DNA of 64,000 nucleotides from an archaeon (GCA_043823195.1 JBDRAZ010000103.1:42038-106037); one strand, 5' to 3'. Numbered from the stretch's first letter, positions 49,143-59,645 are shown. The notes: a model not told the origin generated them from the letters alone. Program-made: numbers and translations.

Positions 49143-50814
49143 CCCAGTTTCCCATCACAAGGACATCGCATGTGCCCTTCTTAAATGACCTGAGTGCGTC
49201 ATCAGGAGAGCACACAATCGGCTCCTCATGGATATTGAAGCTGGTGTTGACAAAGATAGGGAGGCCTGTCTCCTGCTCATAATGCTTAAGAATCTTATAG
49301 TATCTCGGGTTCTGCTTTGCGCTGACAACCTGGGGTCTGGTTGTGTTGTCAACATGCACAACAGCCTTCGCCTTCTGCGCCTCTTTTTTGTCATCAAAGG
49401 TTATGGTCATGAACCGGGCCGGGTATTGCCCTCTTTCATACCCCTCATAATATTCTGGTGCAGCCCTGTCAAGGATTGATGGCGCAAACGGCATGAACTC
49501 TGTCCTCTTCAGCCTCTGGTTCAGCCAGTCGTTGATTGTTGTATCGGTCGGATCAGCAAGTATGCTCCTGTTTCCGAGGGCTCTCGGCCCGTATTCCATC
49601 CTGCCGCCGAAATGCCCGACAACCTTTTTATCTGCAATCTTTTCAGCAGTGTACTTCTCAATATTAGCTATATGCTCTCCGGTCAGCCCGTTATTTTCAA
49701 TTGATGCCTCAACCTCGGCATTGGTGAATCCGGGTCCGAAGTAGACATTGTCAAGCTGGTATGGCTTTAGCCCGGATCCCCTGTCAAGCATATTCTGTGC
49801 TGAGACCTGAAGCGCTGCCCCCACGCCTATTCCGCCGTCACCCATATGCGGATGGATATATACGGATCTTATGCCCTTTGTTTCAAGGATCTTCTGGTTA
49901 AGCTTGACGTTTGCAAATATCCCCCCGGCAGCAGCCAGGTCAGGGATTTTCGTCTTTCCTGCGTAATCAGCAGCAAATTTTGACATGACCTCCTCAAGCC
50001 TCTGCTGGACAGCAGCCGAATAGTGCTTGGGATCCACGCCCGCGAGGTTCTTCTTAAGGTAGTCAATGGCCCCCTGGCCCATAAGGCCTATGGTGTTGGT
50101 TGGCTGCCCATTCTTATACGCAAATGCCCTCCTGAACGTGTCATAGCAGACACTTGCATCGCCGTAGGCGGCAAGCCCTGTGATCTTTCCCTCATGCCTG
50201 AACATCTTGAAGCCGGCAAGGAGGGTTACATATGCATAATAATATGCAATGGAATGGAATGTAGGAACCTGCTTTATGCATTTAAGGTCATTGTCCCTGC
50301 CCAGGTAGACCGTGGAGCTGTTGGCGTCGCCGGACCCGTCTGAAGTCAGCACCAAACATTCATCCTTGCCGGATGTGTAATATGCACTGGCTGCATGGCA
50401 CAGGTGATGGTCAACATACTCAACAGGCGCGTCAACGCCGAGCGACCTCGTGTATTCCGCAGTCTCCTGGCTCCTTGTGCGTGAGAACACTGCCCGCTGC
50501 AGGTTGGCAAAGCTGTTCGTAGATGCCCAGAAGCCGGCCCTGTTGCAGAGGAACTGGTAGACTTTTTTCTTCAGGCTGAGGTTTGTCCAGCCCATCGATG
50601 CCATGTAGCCAAGCCTTGCAGCAATCGCCACCTTGTCGACCTGCCCCGGCCCGATTCCTGCCAGATCAAGGACCTTTGCTATGGACTTCCTGGGTGTGCC
50701 AAAGAACAGCTTTTCCCTTGCAAGCCTCTCCTCATTTACGGCAGCAAGGATTTTACCGTCTTTAATAACTGCCGCACCCGAATCGTGGCCGTCTGTAATG
50801 CCTAGTACAATCAT
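49126..50814 (-). CDS. NodU/CmcH-family carbamoyltransferase
   Basis: MIVLGITDGHDSGAAVIKDGKILAAVNEERLAREK.., 562 aa with the characteristic YrdC-less Kae1-like N-domain and C-terminal carbamoyltransferase domain. Confidence 0.75.
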   Translation of the reverse strand: MIVLGITDGHDSGAAVIKDGKILAAVNEERLAREKLFFGTPRKSIAKVLDLAGIGPGQVDKVAIAARLGYMASMGWTNLSLKKKVYQFLCNRAGFWASTNSFANLQRAVFSRTRSQETAEYTRSLGVDAPVEYVDHHLCHAASAYYTSGKDECLVLTSDGSGDANSSTVYLGRDNDLKCIKQVPTFHSIAYYYAYVTLLAGFKMFRHEGKITGLAAYGDASVCYDTFRRAFAYKNGQPTNTIGLMGQGAIDYLKKNLAGVDPKHYSAAVQQRLEEVMSKFAADYAGKTKIPDLAAAGGIFANVKLNQKILETKGIRSVYIHPHMGDGGIGVGAALQVSAQNMLDRGSGLKPYQLDNVYFGPGFTNAEVEASIENNGLTGEHIANIEKYTAEKIADKKVVGHFGGRMEYGPRALGNRSILADPTDTTINDWLNQRLKRTEFMPFAPSILDRAAPEYYEGYERGQYPARFMTITFDDKKEAQKAKAVVHVDNTTRPQVVSAKQNPRYYKILKHYEQETGLPIFVNTSFNIHEEPIVCSPDDALRSFKKGTCDVLVMGNWVVSND

Positions 50815-50823
50815 ATGGTTACC

Positions 50824-51702
50824 CTATTTTTTCCTGAACATGTCAGCGAGAAAGCCAAAGAGCCAGATCTGGATTCCTATGCTCAGCAGCAGCACAGTAA
50901 GCATAACCCTCGGCAGCCCGCCCACAGTTCCGGTAGTCATCAGATTAATTACAATCCACAGGCCGGTTCCCACTCCGCCCAGGCAGAACAGGCCCCCGAA
51001 CAGCCCGAAGAACTTGAGGGGCTCATAGTCCCGGTACACCCGGAATATGGTGATCCATGCCTTAATGGCGTATTCAAACGGGTTTCCCATAAGCCTGCTC
51101 TTCCCGTTCCGGCGCGAAAAGGTGACCGGAATCTCCTTGATCCGGAACTTGAGGTTTGCAGCCCTGATGATCTGCTCCTGGGTATAGGTGTATTTTGACA
51201 CGATGCTGATCTTCTCGGCAACCTCCCTTGTGAACGCCCTGAATCCTGTCTGGCCGTCTGATATCTTCATCTGCGTGATATTGGAAATTACCTTTGAAAA
51301 TGCCCTGTTGCCCAGCCTTTTGATTAGCGGCATGCCCTCTATGCGCCCCTTGAATCTGCTCCCAAGAACAAGGTCATAGCCCTTGCCAATCTGCTGGATG
51401 AGCCGCGGAATATCAGAACAGGAGTACTGGTTATCGGCGTCAATATGGACTATCACGTCGGGTTTAAGCTCAAGGCATTTCTGCATCTCTGTCCTGAAGG
51501 TCTCTGCAAGGCCGTAGTTGCGGGAATGCCTGACGACGAGCGCACCCTTTTCCCTGGCTGCTTTTGCAGTGTTATCGGAGGATCCGTCGTCTACCACGAG
51601 CACCTGGTATTTTTGCCCCCGAAGAGCCGAGTTTACCCCGTCCAGGACTTTTGCCACGGTCTTTTCCTCGTTGAAGGCCGGTATTGTCACGACTATATTC
51701 AT
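50824..51702 (-). CDS. glycosyltransferase family 2 (Dpm1/polyprenyl-phosphate glycosyltransferase-like) with C-terminal TM helices
   Basis: MNIVVTIPAFNEE..VVDDGSSDNT..HIDADNQ (DxD), two C-terminal TM segments. Confidence 0.7.
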   Translation of the reverse strand: MNIVVTIPAFNEEKTVAKVLDGVNSALRGQKYQVLVVDDGSSDNTAKAAREKGALVVRHSRNYGLAETFRTEMQKCLELKPDVIVHIDADNQYSCSDIPRLIQQIGKGYDLVLGSRFKGRIEGMPLIKRLGNRAFSKVISNITQMKISDGQTGFRAFTREVAEKISIVSKYTYTQEQIIRAANLKFRIKEIPVTFSRRNGKSRLMGNPFEYAIKAWITIFRVYRDYEPLKFFGLFGGLFCLGGVGTGLWIVINLMTTGTVGGLPRVMLTVLLLSIGIQIWLFGFLADMFRKK

Positions 51703-51749
51703 GCAGCAATAGAACTGGCGAGTATTTTAAATATGTTTCGCAAATAATT

Positions 51750-52703
51750 TTATTGGGTGACTGTTTCTCTCCAATATTCAAGCAGGTCCCTTAATGTTTG
51801 TTCAAAAGGGATCGTGGGTTTCCAGCCGGTTGCTTCATAGAATTTGGTGCAGTCTCCCAGCAGAATGGGGACATCGCTTGGCCTCATGCGCTCGGGATCA
51901 GGGATGACCTTGATGTCTGCCTTTGTCATGCTCAGCAGCGTGTCCAGCACCTTCTGAATGCTCCAAGCTGTTCCGGAGCATATGTTGTACCGCTCTCCGG
52001 GCTTGCCCTTTTGCACGGCCAGGTAGTAGCCCTTAACCATGTCGCGCACATCTGTGAAATCCCGCCGGGCCTGCAGGCTCCCAACATGGATCTCTGGTTT
52101 GGCGCCCCTTTCTATCTCAGCAATCTGCTTTGAGAAGCTGCTGCATACAAATACTTCCCCCCTGCGGGGGCCGGTGTGGTTGAATCCCCTGGTTATAATC
52201 GCTTTTATGCCGTAAGAACGAAAGTACTGGTATGATGCCATGTCCTGTGCGACCTTTGAAACTCCGTATGGGCTCAGCGGCCGGAACGGATTGGTTTCCT
52301 TGATGGGGATCTCATCCTCTTTTACAAGCCCGTACTCCTCTGATGAGCACGCCACCTGTATCCTTACATCGATATCTGACTTCCTTACAGCCTCGAAAAG
52401 GTTTACTGTCCCGATGACATTCGTCTCGATTGTGTTGTTGGGAGCGATCCATGATGTTGGCACAAAGCTCTGTGCAGCCAGATGATATATCTCGTTAGGC
52501 TGCACCTCATTCAGGACCTTGTATATGCTGTGCGAGTCATTCAGGTCTGCCTGGATCAGGTTAAGCTTGTCCTTGATGTGCCTGATATTTGCAGTGTTGC
52601 TTCTCCACCGCAGGGTACCATAGACTTCATATCCCTTATCCAGAAGCAGATCAGAGAGGTGGCTTCCGACAAACCCAGAAATGCCTGTTATCAGCGCCCT
52701 CAT
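51750..52703 (-). CDS. GDP-mannose 4,6-dehydratase/reductase-like SDR
   Basis: MRALITGISGFVGSHLSDLLLDKGYEVYG.., YGVSK. Confidence 0.6.
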   Translation of the reverse strand: MRALITGISGFVGSHLSDLLLDKGYEVYGTLRWRSNTANIRHIKDKLNLIQADLNDSHSIYKVLNEVQPNEIYHLAAQSFVPTSWIAPNNTIETNVIGTVNLFEAVRKSDIDVRIQVACSSEEYGLVKEDEIPIKETNPFRPLSPYGVSKVAQDMASYQYFRSYGIKAIITRGFNHTGPRRGEVFVCSSFSKQIAEIERGAKPEIHVGSLQARRDFTDVRDMVKGYYLAVQKGKPGERYNICSGTAWSIQKVLDTLLSMTKADIKVIPDPERMRPSDVPILLGDCTKFYEATGWKPTIPFEQTLRDLLEYWRETVTQ

Positions 52704-52756
52704 GGGCTTCTGAGAATCATGAATATTATAAAAAGCTTTTGATACCGTGGGATGCT

Positions 52757-52848
52757 ATTGAACTTTTCGCAGGGCACCCCCGCACAGCGAATCCATGGGG
52801 TGAAAAACTCCGCACCTTAGTGCAGGGGCCGTCGGCGGATTTTTATGA
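52757..52848. repeat. copy D of the recurrent GC-hairpin/U-tract element (ttgaacttttcgcagggcacccccgcac..aaaaactccgcaccttagtgcaggggccgtcggcggatttttatga)
   Basis: Shares its blocks with copies A, B, C and E. Confidence 0.5.
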
Positions 52849-54289
52849 ATTTCAGGATGGACTGCGCAATCGGCGATATCGTGCCCAGGGTCCATTTCAG
52901 TTCCCGGTAGGATCTGATGGTCAGAAGCATCTCCACCATCTTTCGCGGCCTAAAAAAGAACCCGAGGTAGGCCTTGCGCTGGAATGCCCTGAGCTCTTCT
53001 TCAGTTAGCTTCGGGCACCTGTGATATAGGTTAGCATCATAAAAACCGCTCTGGTAGACCAGGGCTGACTCGTCCTTAAGCAGGCCTGACTTTTTCATTG
53101 ACTCATACATCTCTGTTCCCGGGAAAGGCGTAAGCATGCAGAAGTTTGCAATTGATGGGTTGCTCTTTATTGCGAACCTGATTGTCCGCTCGATAGATTC
53201 CCTGCTGTCATTTGGAAATCCCAGGATAAAGAACCCGACTGTGATTATCCCGGCCTTTCTGAACCACGCCAGCGCCCTGATGACTTTGTCGGGGTCCAGG
53301 CTTTTCCTGATTGATTTCAGCACATCCCCATCAGCGGATTCAATGCCCACACCCGCCTTGAACACGCCCGCGCGTTTCATCTTCATGACAATGTCCCAGG
53401 TTAGCCTGTCAGCCCTCACTCCATTCTGCAGGTTGATGAGGATGTCCAGCTTCCGCTCAATGATCAGGTCCAGAATCCTGCCGGCCCTTTCGATATCAAG
53501 AGTAAAGTTGTCATCCAGCACATCAAGTTGGCCAATCCCGTATTTCCTGACAAGCATCTCTATCTCATCAACAACATTCTCCGGGCTTCTGGCGCGGTAT
53601 CGCTTACCGAATATGCTGGAGTTGCAGAATGTGCACTGATATGGGCAGCCGCGGCTGCTCATTATGACCCCAACGGGAAACCTCCTCGCACGGGACTCGT
53701 ATTTGCGCAGGGGTGGCATGATGTCATAATCAGGAAAGGGAATCGCATCAAGATCCTCAATAAGTTTCCGCGGCTCGGTCCTGAAAAACTTTCCTTTTTT
53801 CAGGTAGGCAACCCCCGCCACCTTGTCAGGCTGCCTTCCCTCGCAGATTTCGAGGAATGTCTGTTCGCTTTCCCCGACAAACGCAATATCTGCGCCCGAG
53901 AGTGCAAGCATCTCTTCGGGATTCGAGGATGTCAGGGGTCCCCCTATGCATACCATGGCATCATGGGCGGCCTTTATCGCCTTGGCAATCTGTATTCCTG
54001 ATGCAGCCAGGATGACATTCATGTGGATGCCAACAACATCGGGTCTGAATGCGGAGGCCTCTTTCAGCACTGCCTCTAATCCCAGCCCCAGGGCATTTGC
54101 ATCAATTATCCGGACATGATACTGATTTATTGTTGCATATTTTTTCAGATAGGATGAGAGGTAGCCGAGGCCTATCGGCGGATACATTGTTGACTCATTA
54201 ATCCCCTTGCTCAGTGTGGCCGGAGGATTGATGAGTAGTATTTTTTTGGCACTCATTCTGGATTCAGACAATGCGCGATCACCTGACAA
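52817..54289 (-). CDS. B12-binding (class B) radical SAM enzyme
   Basis: KKILLINPP..(B12 domain)..SRGCPYQCTFCNSS..LDDNF..GIESADG. The start may be the internal MSAKK at 54256. Confidence 0.7.
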   Translation of the reverse strand: MSGDRALSESRMSAKKILLINPPATLSKGINESTMYPPIGLGYLSSYLKKYATINQYHVRIIDANALGLGLEAVLKEASAFRPDVVGIHMNVILAASGIQIAKAIKAAHDAMVCIGGPLTSSNPEEMLALSGADIAFVGESEQTFLEICEGRQPDKVAGVAYLKKGKFFRTEPRKLIEDLDAIPFPDYDIMPPLRKYESRARRFPVGVIMSSRGCPYQCTFCNSSIFGKRYRARSPENVVDEIEMLVRKYGIGQLDVLDDNFTLDIERAGRILDLIIERKLDILINLQNGVRADRLTWDIVMKMKRAGVFKAGVGIESADGDVLKSIRKSLDPDKVIRALAWFRKAGIITVGFFILGFPNDSRESIERTIRFAIKSNPSIANFCMLTPFPGTEMYESMKKSGLLKDESALVYQSGFYDANLYHRCPKLTEEELRAFQRKAYLGFFFRPRKMVEMLLTIRSYRELKWTLGTISPIAQSILKFIKIRRRPLH

Positions 54290-54962
54290 GCTCTCTGAAT
54301 ATGATCCTTAACAGAAGCCATCCGGTCGCAAAAGTATGGGCGGTGCTTTCCCCCCCGATGCGGGGTTCCTCCTTCGTGGGGATCTCCTTTATCCTGTAGC
54401 GCTTCTTGAGGGCCCGGATTGAAAGCTGATATTCAATCCCAAATCCCTCTGTATCCGGGCGGAGCGCCAGGAATTTGTCTCTCTTCACGGCCCGGAAACC
54501 GTTTATTGCATCGGTCAGCCTGCCGTTCCAGAGAAGGTTTGAGATTGCAGTGAAAACCTTGTTTCCTATGCCACGGATCGGGAAAGGGAGGTGGCTGTCA
54601 TCTGCCTGAGCACCCTTCATGAACCGGGATGCCACTGACATGTCATAGCCTTTTTCCAGCCAGCTGATCAGCCTGATGATGTCGTTCGGGTCTTCGTTGC
54701 CGTCCGGACCGAAGTACACGATATGCTCATTTTTGGCGATCCGTGCCCCGATCCTGAAGGCCTCGGCCCTGCCGCGTTTTTTCTGCAGGACAATTCTCAC
54801 GCCCTTCTTCTTGAGGAATTCAACGCTTCCGTCAGTGGACCCCGGATCAATCGCAAATGTTTCATCGAGCCTGTTAATCGGAATCTTGCTGTAAAGTGAT
54901 TTCAGCCCTTCGATCTCGTTGTAATTCAGGATCACCAGCGTGGCTTTTATTTTATTTTTCAT
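54279..54962 (-). CDS. glycosyltransferase family 2
   Basis: LVILNYNEIEG..DPGSTDGS..YFGPDGNE. Confidence 0.65.
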   Translation of the reverse strand: MKNKIKATLVILNYNEIEGLKSLYSKIPINRLDETFAIDPGSTDGSVEFLKKKGVRIVLQKKRGRAEAFRIGARIAKNEHIVYFGPDGNEDPNDIIRLISWLEKGYDMSVASRFMKGAQADDSHLPFPIRGIGNKVFTAISNLLWNGRLTDAINGFRAVKRDKFLALRPDTEGFGIEYQLSIRALKKRYRIKEIPTKEEPRIGGESTAHTFATGWLLLRIIFRELVR

Positions 54963-55929
54963 TTTCTTTCCTCTTGTACCATTCGATAGTCTGCCTCAGG
55001 CCCTCTTTCAGCCGGACCTTAGGGGCAAATCCGAGGATTTCTCCGGCTCTGGATGAATCGCAGTTCCGCCTGGGCTGCCCGGTTGGCTTCGCAGTATCAT
55101 AATGGATGCTGATGTCTTTTTCAGATGCGTCGGCAATCATCCTCACGAGGTCTTTTATTTTTATTTCTTCAACAGTGCCCAGGTTGATGGGGCCCTTTCC
55201 GCAGCCCTTTTCTGCTGCCAGGAGGATTCCCTCTGCAAAATCAGTAACATACAGGAATGATCTGCTCTGTTCGCCGTTTCCCCATACGACCAGAGGGTCC
55301 TCGCCTGAGAAAACCCTCCTTATCAGTGCGGGTATGACGTGCGACTTTTCAGGGTCAAAGTGGTCACGGGGCCCATAGGCGTTGTAGGGGCGCACAACAG
55401 CAATTGCCATGCCGAATTCAGTTTCGTAGAGCTTGGCCTGCAGCTCTGCCATCCTCTTTGCCCAGCCGTACCCTTCATTGGTTGGCTCAGGGACACCCTC
55501 GAATCCCTCTGACTCGGGGGTTGGGATTGTGCAATCCCGCCGGTATACGCAGGCCGAACTGACCATGACCAGCCTGCTTACCCTGTTAACCCTCGCAGCC
55601 TCAAGCACATTTATCTGCATCATCATGTTGGACCTGAACATGGTGCCCGGGTGCTCCTTGTTGTAGCCGATGCCCCCTACCTTAGCGGCAAGGTGCAGGA
55701 TGATATCCATGCCGCGCGCAGCCCTGGCTGCATCCCCAGGGTCTTTCAGGTCGCACTTGACAAACTCTATCTGTTCTCTTACTCTCTCTAGGTTTTTCAG
55801 GTTCCCGTTTTCCAGGTTATCCGCAACAGTCACCCTGGCCCCCTTTTCAACAAGGAGTTCAGCTGCATGGCTGCCTATGAATCCCGCTCCGCCGGTTACC
55901 AGAACCCGTTTATCATTCCAGAAAGTCAT
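54952..55929 (-). CDS. NAD-dependent nucleotide-sugar epimerase/dehydratase (SDR)
   Basis: [18 protein letters not shown].., YGWAK. Confidence 0.7.
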   Translation of the reverse strand: MTFWNDKRVLVTGGAGFIGSHAAELLVEKGARVTVADNLENGNLKNLERVREQIEFVKCDLKDPGDAARAARGMDIILHLAAKVGGIGYNKEHPGTMFRSNMMMQINVLEAARVNRVSRLVMVSSACVYRRDCTIPTPESEGFEGVPEPTNEGYGWAKRMAELQAKLYETEFGMAIAVVRPYNAYGPRDHFDPEKSHVIPALIRRVFSGEDPLVVWGNGEQSRSFLYVTDFAEGILLAAEKGCGKGPINLGTVEEIKIKDLVRMIADASEKDISIHYDTAKPTGQPRRNCDSSRAGEILGFAPKVRLKEGLRQTIEWYKRKENEK

Positions 55930-57149
55930 TTTAGGATCTTCTTGAAAACACCCACAATATAATCGATGTCATCTGCCTCGAGGTATTGGTGGCAGCCTAT
56001 ATAAAATGCATTCTCGCCAATGTAATCTGCATTTGGCAGCCTGTTCCTGTAGGTCTCCCTCAGGTGTGCGTAGGCCGGCTGCTGGGTCGGGATACTTCCG
56101 AAGAGAGGCCTCGTCTCCACACCGTTTTCCTCAAGCTGCATCCTCAGCCTCTTCCTTGGGATGACATTCGGCTTATTTATGAGAATGGGATATGCAAGAT
56201 AGCTTATATCTGTTGAGAATCTGGGCAGCTGCAGAATATCGCTGAACTCCTCAAGGCCCTCATTAAGCAGCCTGACGTTTTCCTGCCTTGCCTTTATTAT
56301 CCACTCGGCCTTCTTGATCTGTGTAAGCCCCAGGGCAGCCTGAAACTCCGTTGTTTTGAAGTTCAGGCCAATTATATCATGATGGAATCTTGGATCAAAA
56401 TCATGGCCCTTATCCGAATCCATATGCGGACATTTGCCGGTGGCCCGCGTGCATACATTGCAGTCGCACATGCGTCCGTTGGCCTTTATCTTCCTGACGA
56501 GCCGGCTAATCTCCTTGTCATTTGTTGTTATTGCACCCATCTCTCCGACCTGGATGTTATGGGCAATGTAAAATGAGAAGTCTGAAAGATGGGAAAGGGA
56601 TCCGGTGCGCTTTCCTTTGTAGAGGGAGCCATGGGCCTGCGCAGAATCCTCAAAGACCACCATGTCATGCTCTTTTGCTATGCGGTTTATGCCATCCATG
56701 TCGCAGGGGTAGCCCATCAGGTGGACCGGCAGCACAACCGAGTGCTCAGAGGCATCGTCACTGTTTTCCAGGGCCTCTTTAATGTTTTCGGGGGTAATGT
56801 TGAAAGTCTCCCTGTTGACATCAACGTAGACCGGGTCAAGATTGGCTGCGACAACCGCATTGCTTGTCGCAATGTAGGTTATGGGTGTGGTGATCACCTT
56901 TGGCCGGTTTCGGAGGTCATGGATATTTTTCAGCGCCATGAGCCCGGCAAGGATGGCCGAGGTGCCCGAGCTAAGCACGACGCAATGGTCGGTTCCGACA
57001 AAACCAGACCACTGTTTCTCGAACTCCCTGACTTTCCTGCCTTCGGATATCCGTCCGCTTTCCACGACTTCCAGGATGGCAGACCGCTCTGCATCGCCTA
57101 GCCTGAAATCGCCAACATGAATCTTTTTCATACGCTGCCCCCTTATCAC
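55926..57149 (-). CDS. DegT-fold PMP-dependent sugar 3-dehydratase-like enzyme (E1/ColD-like; His replaces the Schiff-base Lys) with Cys cluster motif
   Basis: SFYIAHNIQVGEMGAITTND (AHN in place of AK/TK), FEDSAQAHGS, C-x-C-x2-C-x6-C (CDCNVCTRATGKC). Confidence 0.5.
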   Translation of the reverse strand: MIRGQRMKKIHVGDFRLGDAERSAILEVVESGRISEGRKVREFEKQWSGFVGTDHCVVLSSGTSAILAGLMALKNIHDLRNRPKVITTPITYIATSNAVVAANLDPVYVDVNRETFNITPENIKEALENSDDASEHSVVLPVHLMGYPCDMDGINRIAKEHDMVVFEDSAQAHGSLYKGKRTGSLSHLSDFSFYIAHNIQVGEMGAITTNDKEISRLVRKIKANGRMCDCNVCTRATGKCPHMDSDKGHDFDPRFHHDIIGLNFKTTEFQAALGLTQIKKAEWIIKARQENVRLLNEGLEEFSDILQLPRFSTDISYLAYPILINKPNVIPRKRLRMQLEENGVETRPLFGSIPTQQPAYAHLRETYRNRLPNADYIGENAFYIGCHQYLEADDIDYIVGVFKKILK

Positions 57150-57277
57150 TTCTGCAAGATAGCTACGTGTTTAAATAAGTTTTGCTAGTTGAATCCAAAC
57201 TTATGCTGTTGATATCCTGTTCACAGCAGGCCGGCTCCCCAGGCCCGCCTCCCCGGCACCCATCTGGCCTCAGTTTT

Positions 57278-57314
57278 ATGGAGGGCATGCTCCGCATATC
57301 AGCGGATTTTTAGA
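57278..57314. repeat. copy E of the recurrent element (ggagggcatgctccgcatatcagcggatttttaga)
   Basis: Matches the cgcagggc..ccgcac..cggcggattttta consensus. Confidence 0.4.
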
Positions 57315-57385
57315 GCTTCGCTCTTGAAAGGCTCCCCGCCCTAAATGCTAAGTTTTAAATAATTCTGTGATAACCTCAAATAAAA

Positions 57386-58672
57386 ATGAGATTCAGCAAA
57401 ATATGCATTGTCGGGATGGGGTATGTCGGGCTAACGCTCTCAGTGGTTCTGGCTGAGAAGGGTTACAAAGTGCACGGCATGGAGATCAACAAGGACGTAG
57501 CTGCACAGTTGAATAGGGGAAAGCCGCATTTTCATGAAAACCGGCTGGACGTTCTGCTGAAAAAGCATCTTAACAATAATCTCACAATATCTGATGATGC
57601 CCCTGATGATTACGAGGTTTTCATAATCTGTGTCGGTACACCCCTTGACAAGGGCACCAAGAAGCCAATCCTGGATTATATCATGCGGTCTGCCGAGGCG
57701 ACGGCAAAACACCTTTCTGACGGGTCTTTGGTGATTCTGAGAAGCACGGTTCCCGTCGGCATAACAAGGAATGTTGTCAAGCCGATACTGGAGACCGCGG
57801 GCAAGAAGTTCTACCTGGCGTTCTGTCCTGAACGGACAGCTGAGGGAAACGCACTCAGGGAGCTGCGTGAACTGCCGCAGGTAATCGGCGGCCTGGACCA
57901 GGACAGCGTGGACCTTGCTGTAGACCTTTTCAGGAAAGTGACTCCGACAACAATAGAGGTATCATCCCTTGAGGCTGCTGAGATGGTCAAGCTCCTTAAC
58001 AACACATATCGTGATCTTACCTTTGCCTATGCAAACGAAGTCGCCAGGATATGCGAGCATGCCGGTCTGTCTGCCCTTGAAACGATCAGGGCAGCAAACC
58101 TTGGCTATTTTAGGTCAGATATCCCGATGCCCGGATTTGTAGGCGGCGCATGCCTGGAAAAGGACCCCTACATACTTGCAGAATACTCCGGAAAAAGAGG
58201 CTATGACCCAAAGCTCGTCAGGCAGGCGAGGGAAATAAACGAGGCCCTTCCGGGCCACATAGCTGACACGGTTAGCAGGATGTTATCTGAGAACAATGTA
58301 ACCAGGGCAAAGGTGTTCATCAGCGGATTCGCATTCAAAGGCAGGCCCGAAACTGACGATCTCCGCGGATCCCTTACGATACCGCTGGCAAATGAGCTGC
58401 AGAGAAATCACAGCGTCTTTGCTCATGATTTTGTTGTAAAGCCGGAGATGCTGGAATTGGCAGGATACAAGGCCTGCTCAATTGATGACGGCTTCCGGGA
58501 TGCCGATTGTGTCATCATAGCCAACAACCACAACTCCTATCAGAAACTCAATTTCGGAAAACTGCTCCCCACTATGAAGCGGCCTGCTCTGCTCTATGAT
58601 GTCTGGAGAATCTTTGAAAAGGACGAGATTGCGCAGGATGGGGTTATTTACGGGGGGGTTGGGATTGGCTAA
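57386..58672 (+). CDS. nucleotide-sugar dehydrogenase (UDP-glucose/GDP-mannose dehydrogenase family; WecC-like)
   Basis: ICIVGMGYVGLTLSVVLAEKGYKVHGMEIN.., GGACLEKD catalytic Cys. Confidence 0.7.
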   Translation: MRFSKICIVGMGYVGLTLSVVLAEKGYKVHGMEINKDVAAQLNRGKPHFHENRLDVLLKKHLNNNLTISDDAPDDYEVFIICVGTPLDKGTKKPILDYIMRSAEATAKHLSDGSLVILRSTVPVGITRNVVKPILETAGKKFYLAFCPERTAEGNALRELRELPQVIGGLDQDSVDLAVDLFRKVTPTTIEVSSLEAAEMVKLLNNTYRDLTFAYANEVARICEHAGLSALETIRAANLGYFRSDIPMPGFVGGACLEKDPYILAEYSGKRGYDPKLVRQAREINEALPGHIADTVSRMLSENNVTRAKVFISGFAFKGRPETDDLRGSLTIPLANELQRNHSVFAHDFVVKPEMLELAGYKACSIDDGFRDADCVIIANNHNSYQKLNFGKLLPTMKRPALLYDVWRIFEKDEIAQDGVIYGGVGIG

Positions 58673-59645
58673 AGTGCTCGTCACAGGCGGTGCAGGCTTT
58701 ATTGGGTTTCATCTCTCCAGGCACCTGGCAGGACAGGGCTACGATGTAACAATCTGTGATAATTTCTTCAGGGGCAGCAGGGATGACGAATTAAAAGCCC
58801 TCCTGAAACAGCCGAATGTCAGCCTGATTGAATGCGACATGGCAGACAGTTCCTGCGTGACCCTGCTGGGGGCGGGCTATGATTATGTTTACCATCTCGC
58901 AGCAATCAACGGCACCAGGTATTTCTACGAGATTCCTGACAAGGTCCTGCGGGTTAACATATTGTCTGCAATCAATGTGCTGGACTGGTTCGTGAAAAGC
59001 GGTTCAGGCAAAATCCTGTTTGCATCTTCATGCGAGGCATACGCATCCAATAAGGACCTTCCCCTGCCTACGCCGGAGGACGTCCCCCTTGCGGTTTCAG
59101 ACGTGAAAAATTCCCGCTTTTCCTATGGCGGGAGCAAAATCGCGGGCGAACTGCTGTTTTACAACTATGCAAAGGTGCATAAATTCAGAATGACCATACT
59201 GCGCTATCATAACCTCTATGGCCCGCGCATGGGCTTTGAGCATGTGGTTCCTGAATTCTGCATGAGGCTTATAAAAAAGGAGGATCCTTTCAGGATTATT
59301 GGCGGCAAAGATACCCGAAGCTTCTGCTACTGCGATGACGGGGTCCGCGCAACCCAGCAGGTCATGGAATCAGAAAAGACCGACGGGGAGATCATCCATA
59401 CAGGCAACAGCACCGAGGAGATCAGCATTGTTGACCTGGCCGGCAGGCTTATGGATATTGCAGGTTTCCATCCTGAGATAAAGGTATCTCCTGCACCCGA
59501 GGGGAGCGTTAACAGGCGGTGCCCTGACCTGACAAAGATAAAGGCCCTGACAGGATACGAGCCGGAAATCATGCTGGAGGATGGCCTGAAAAAAACACTG
59601 GCCTGGTATAGGGATAACCATTTCGGGCACAAACTGGCAAAATGA
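58665..59645 (+). CDS. NAD-dependent nucleotide-sugar epimerase/dehydratase (SDR); TTG/GTG start near 58665-58674
   Basis: [21 protein letters not shown].., YGGSKIAGE. The ORF track begins at 58596 inside the upstream gene. Confidence 0.6.
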   Translation: MAKVLVTGGAGFIGFHLSRHLAGQGYDVTICDNFFRGSRDDELKALLKQPNVSLIECDMADSSCVTLLGAGYDYVYHLAAINGTRYFYEIPDKVLRVNILSAINVLDWFVKSGSGKILFASSCEAYASNKDLPLPTPEDVPLAVSDVKNSRFSYGGSKIAGELLFYNYAKVHKFRMTILRYHNLYGPRMGFEHVVPEFCMRLIKKEDPFRIIGGKDTRSFCYCDDGVRATQQVMESEKTDGEIIHTGNSTEEISIVDLAGRLMDIAGFHPEIKVSPAPEGSVNRRCPDLTKIKALTGYEPEIMLEDGLKKTLAWYRDNHFGHKLAK

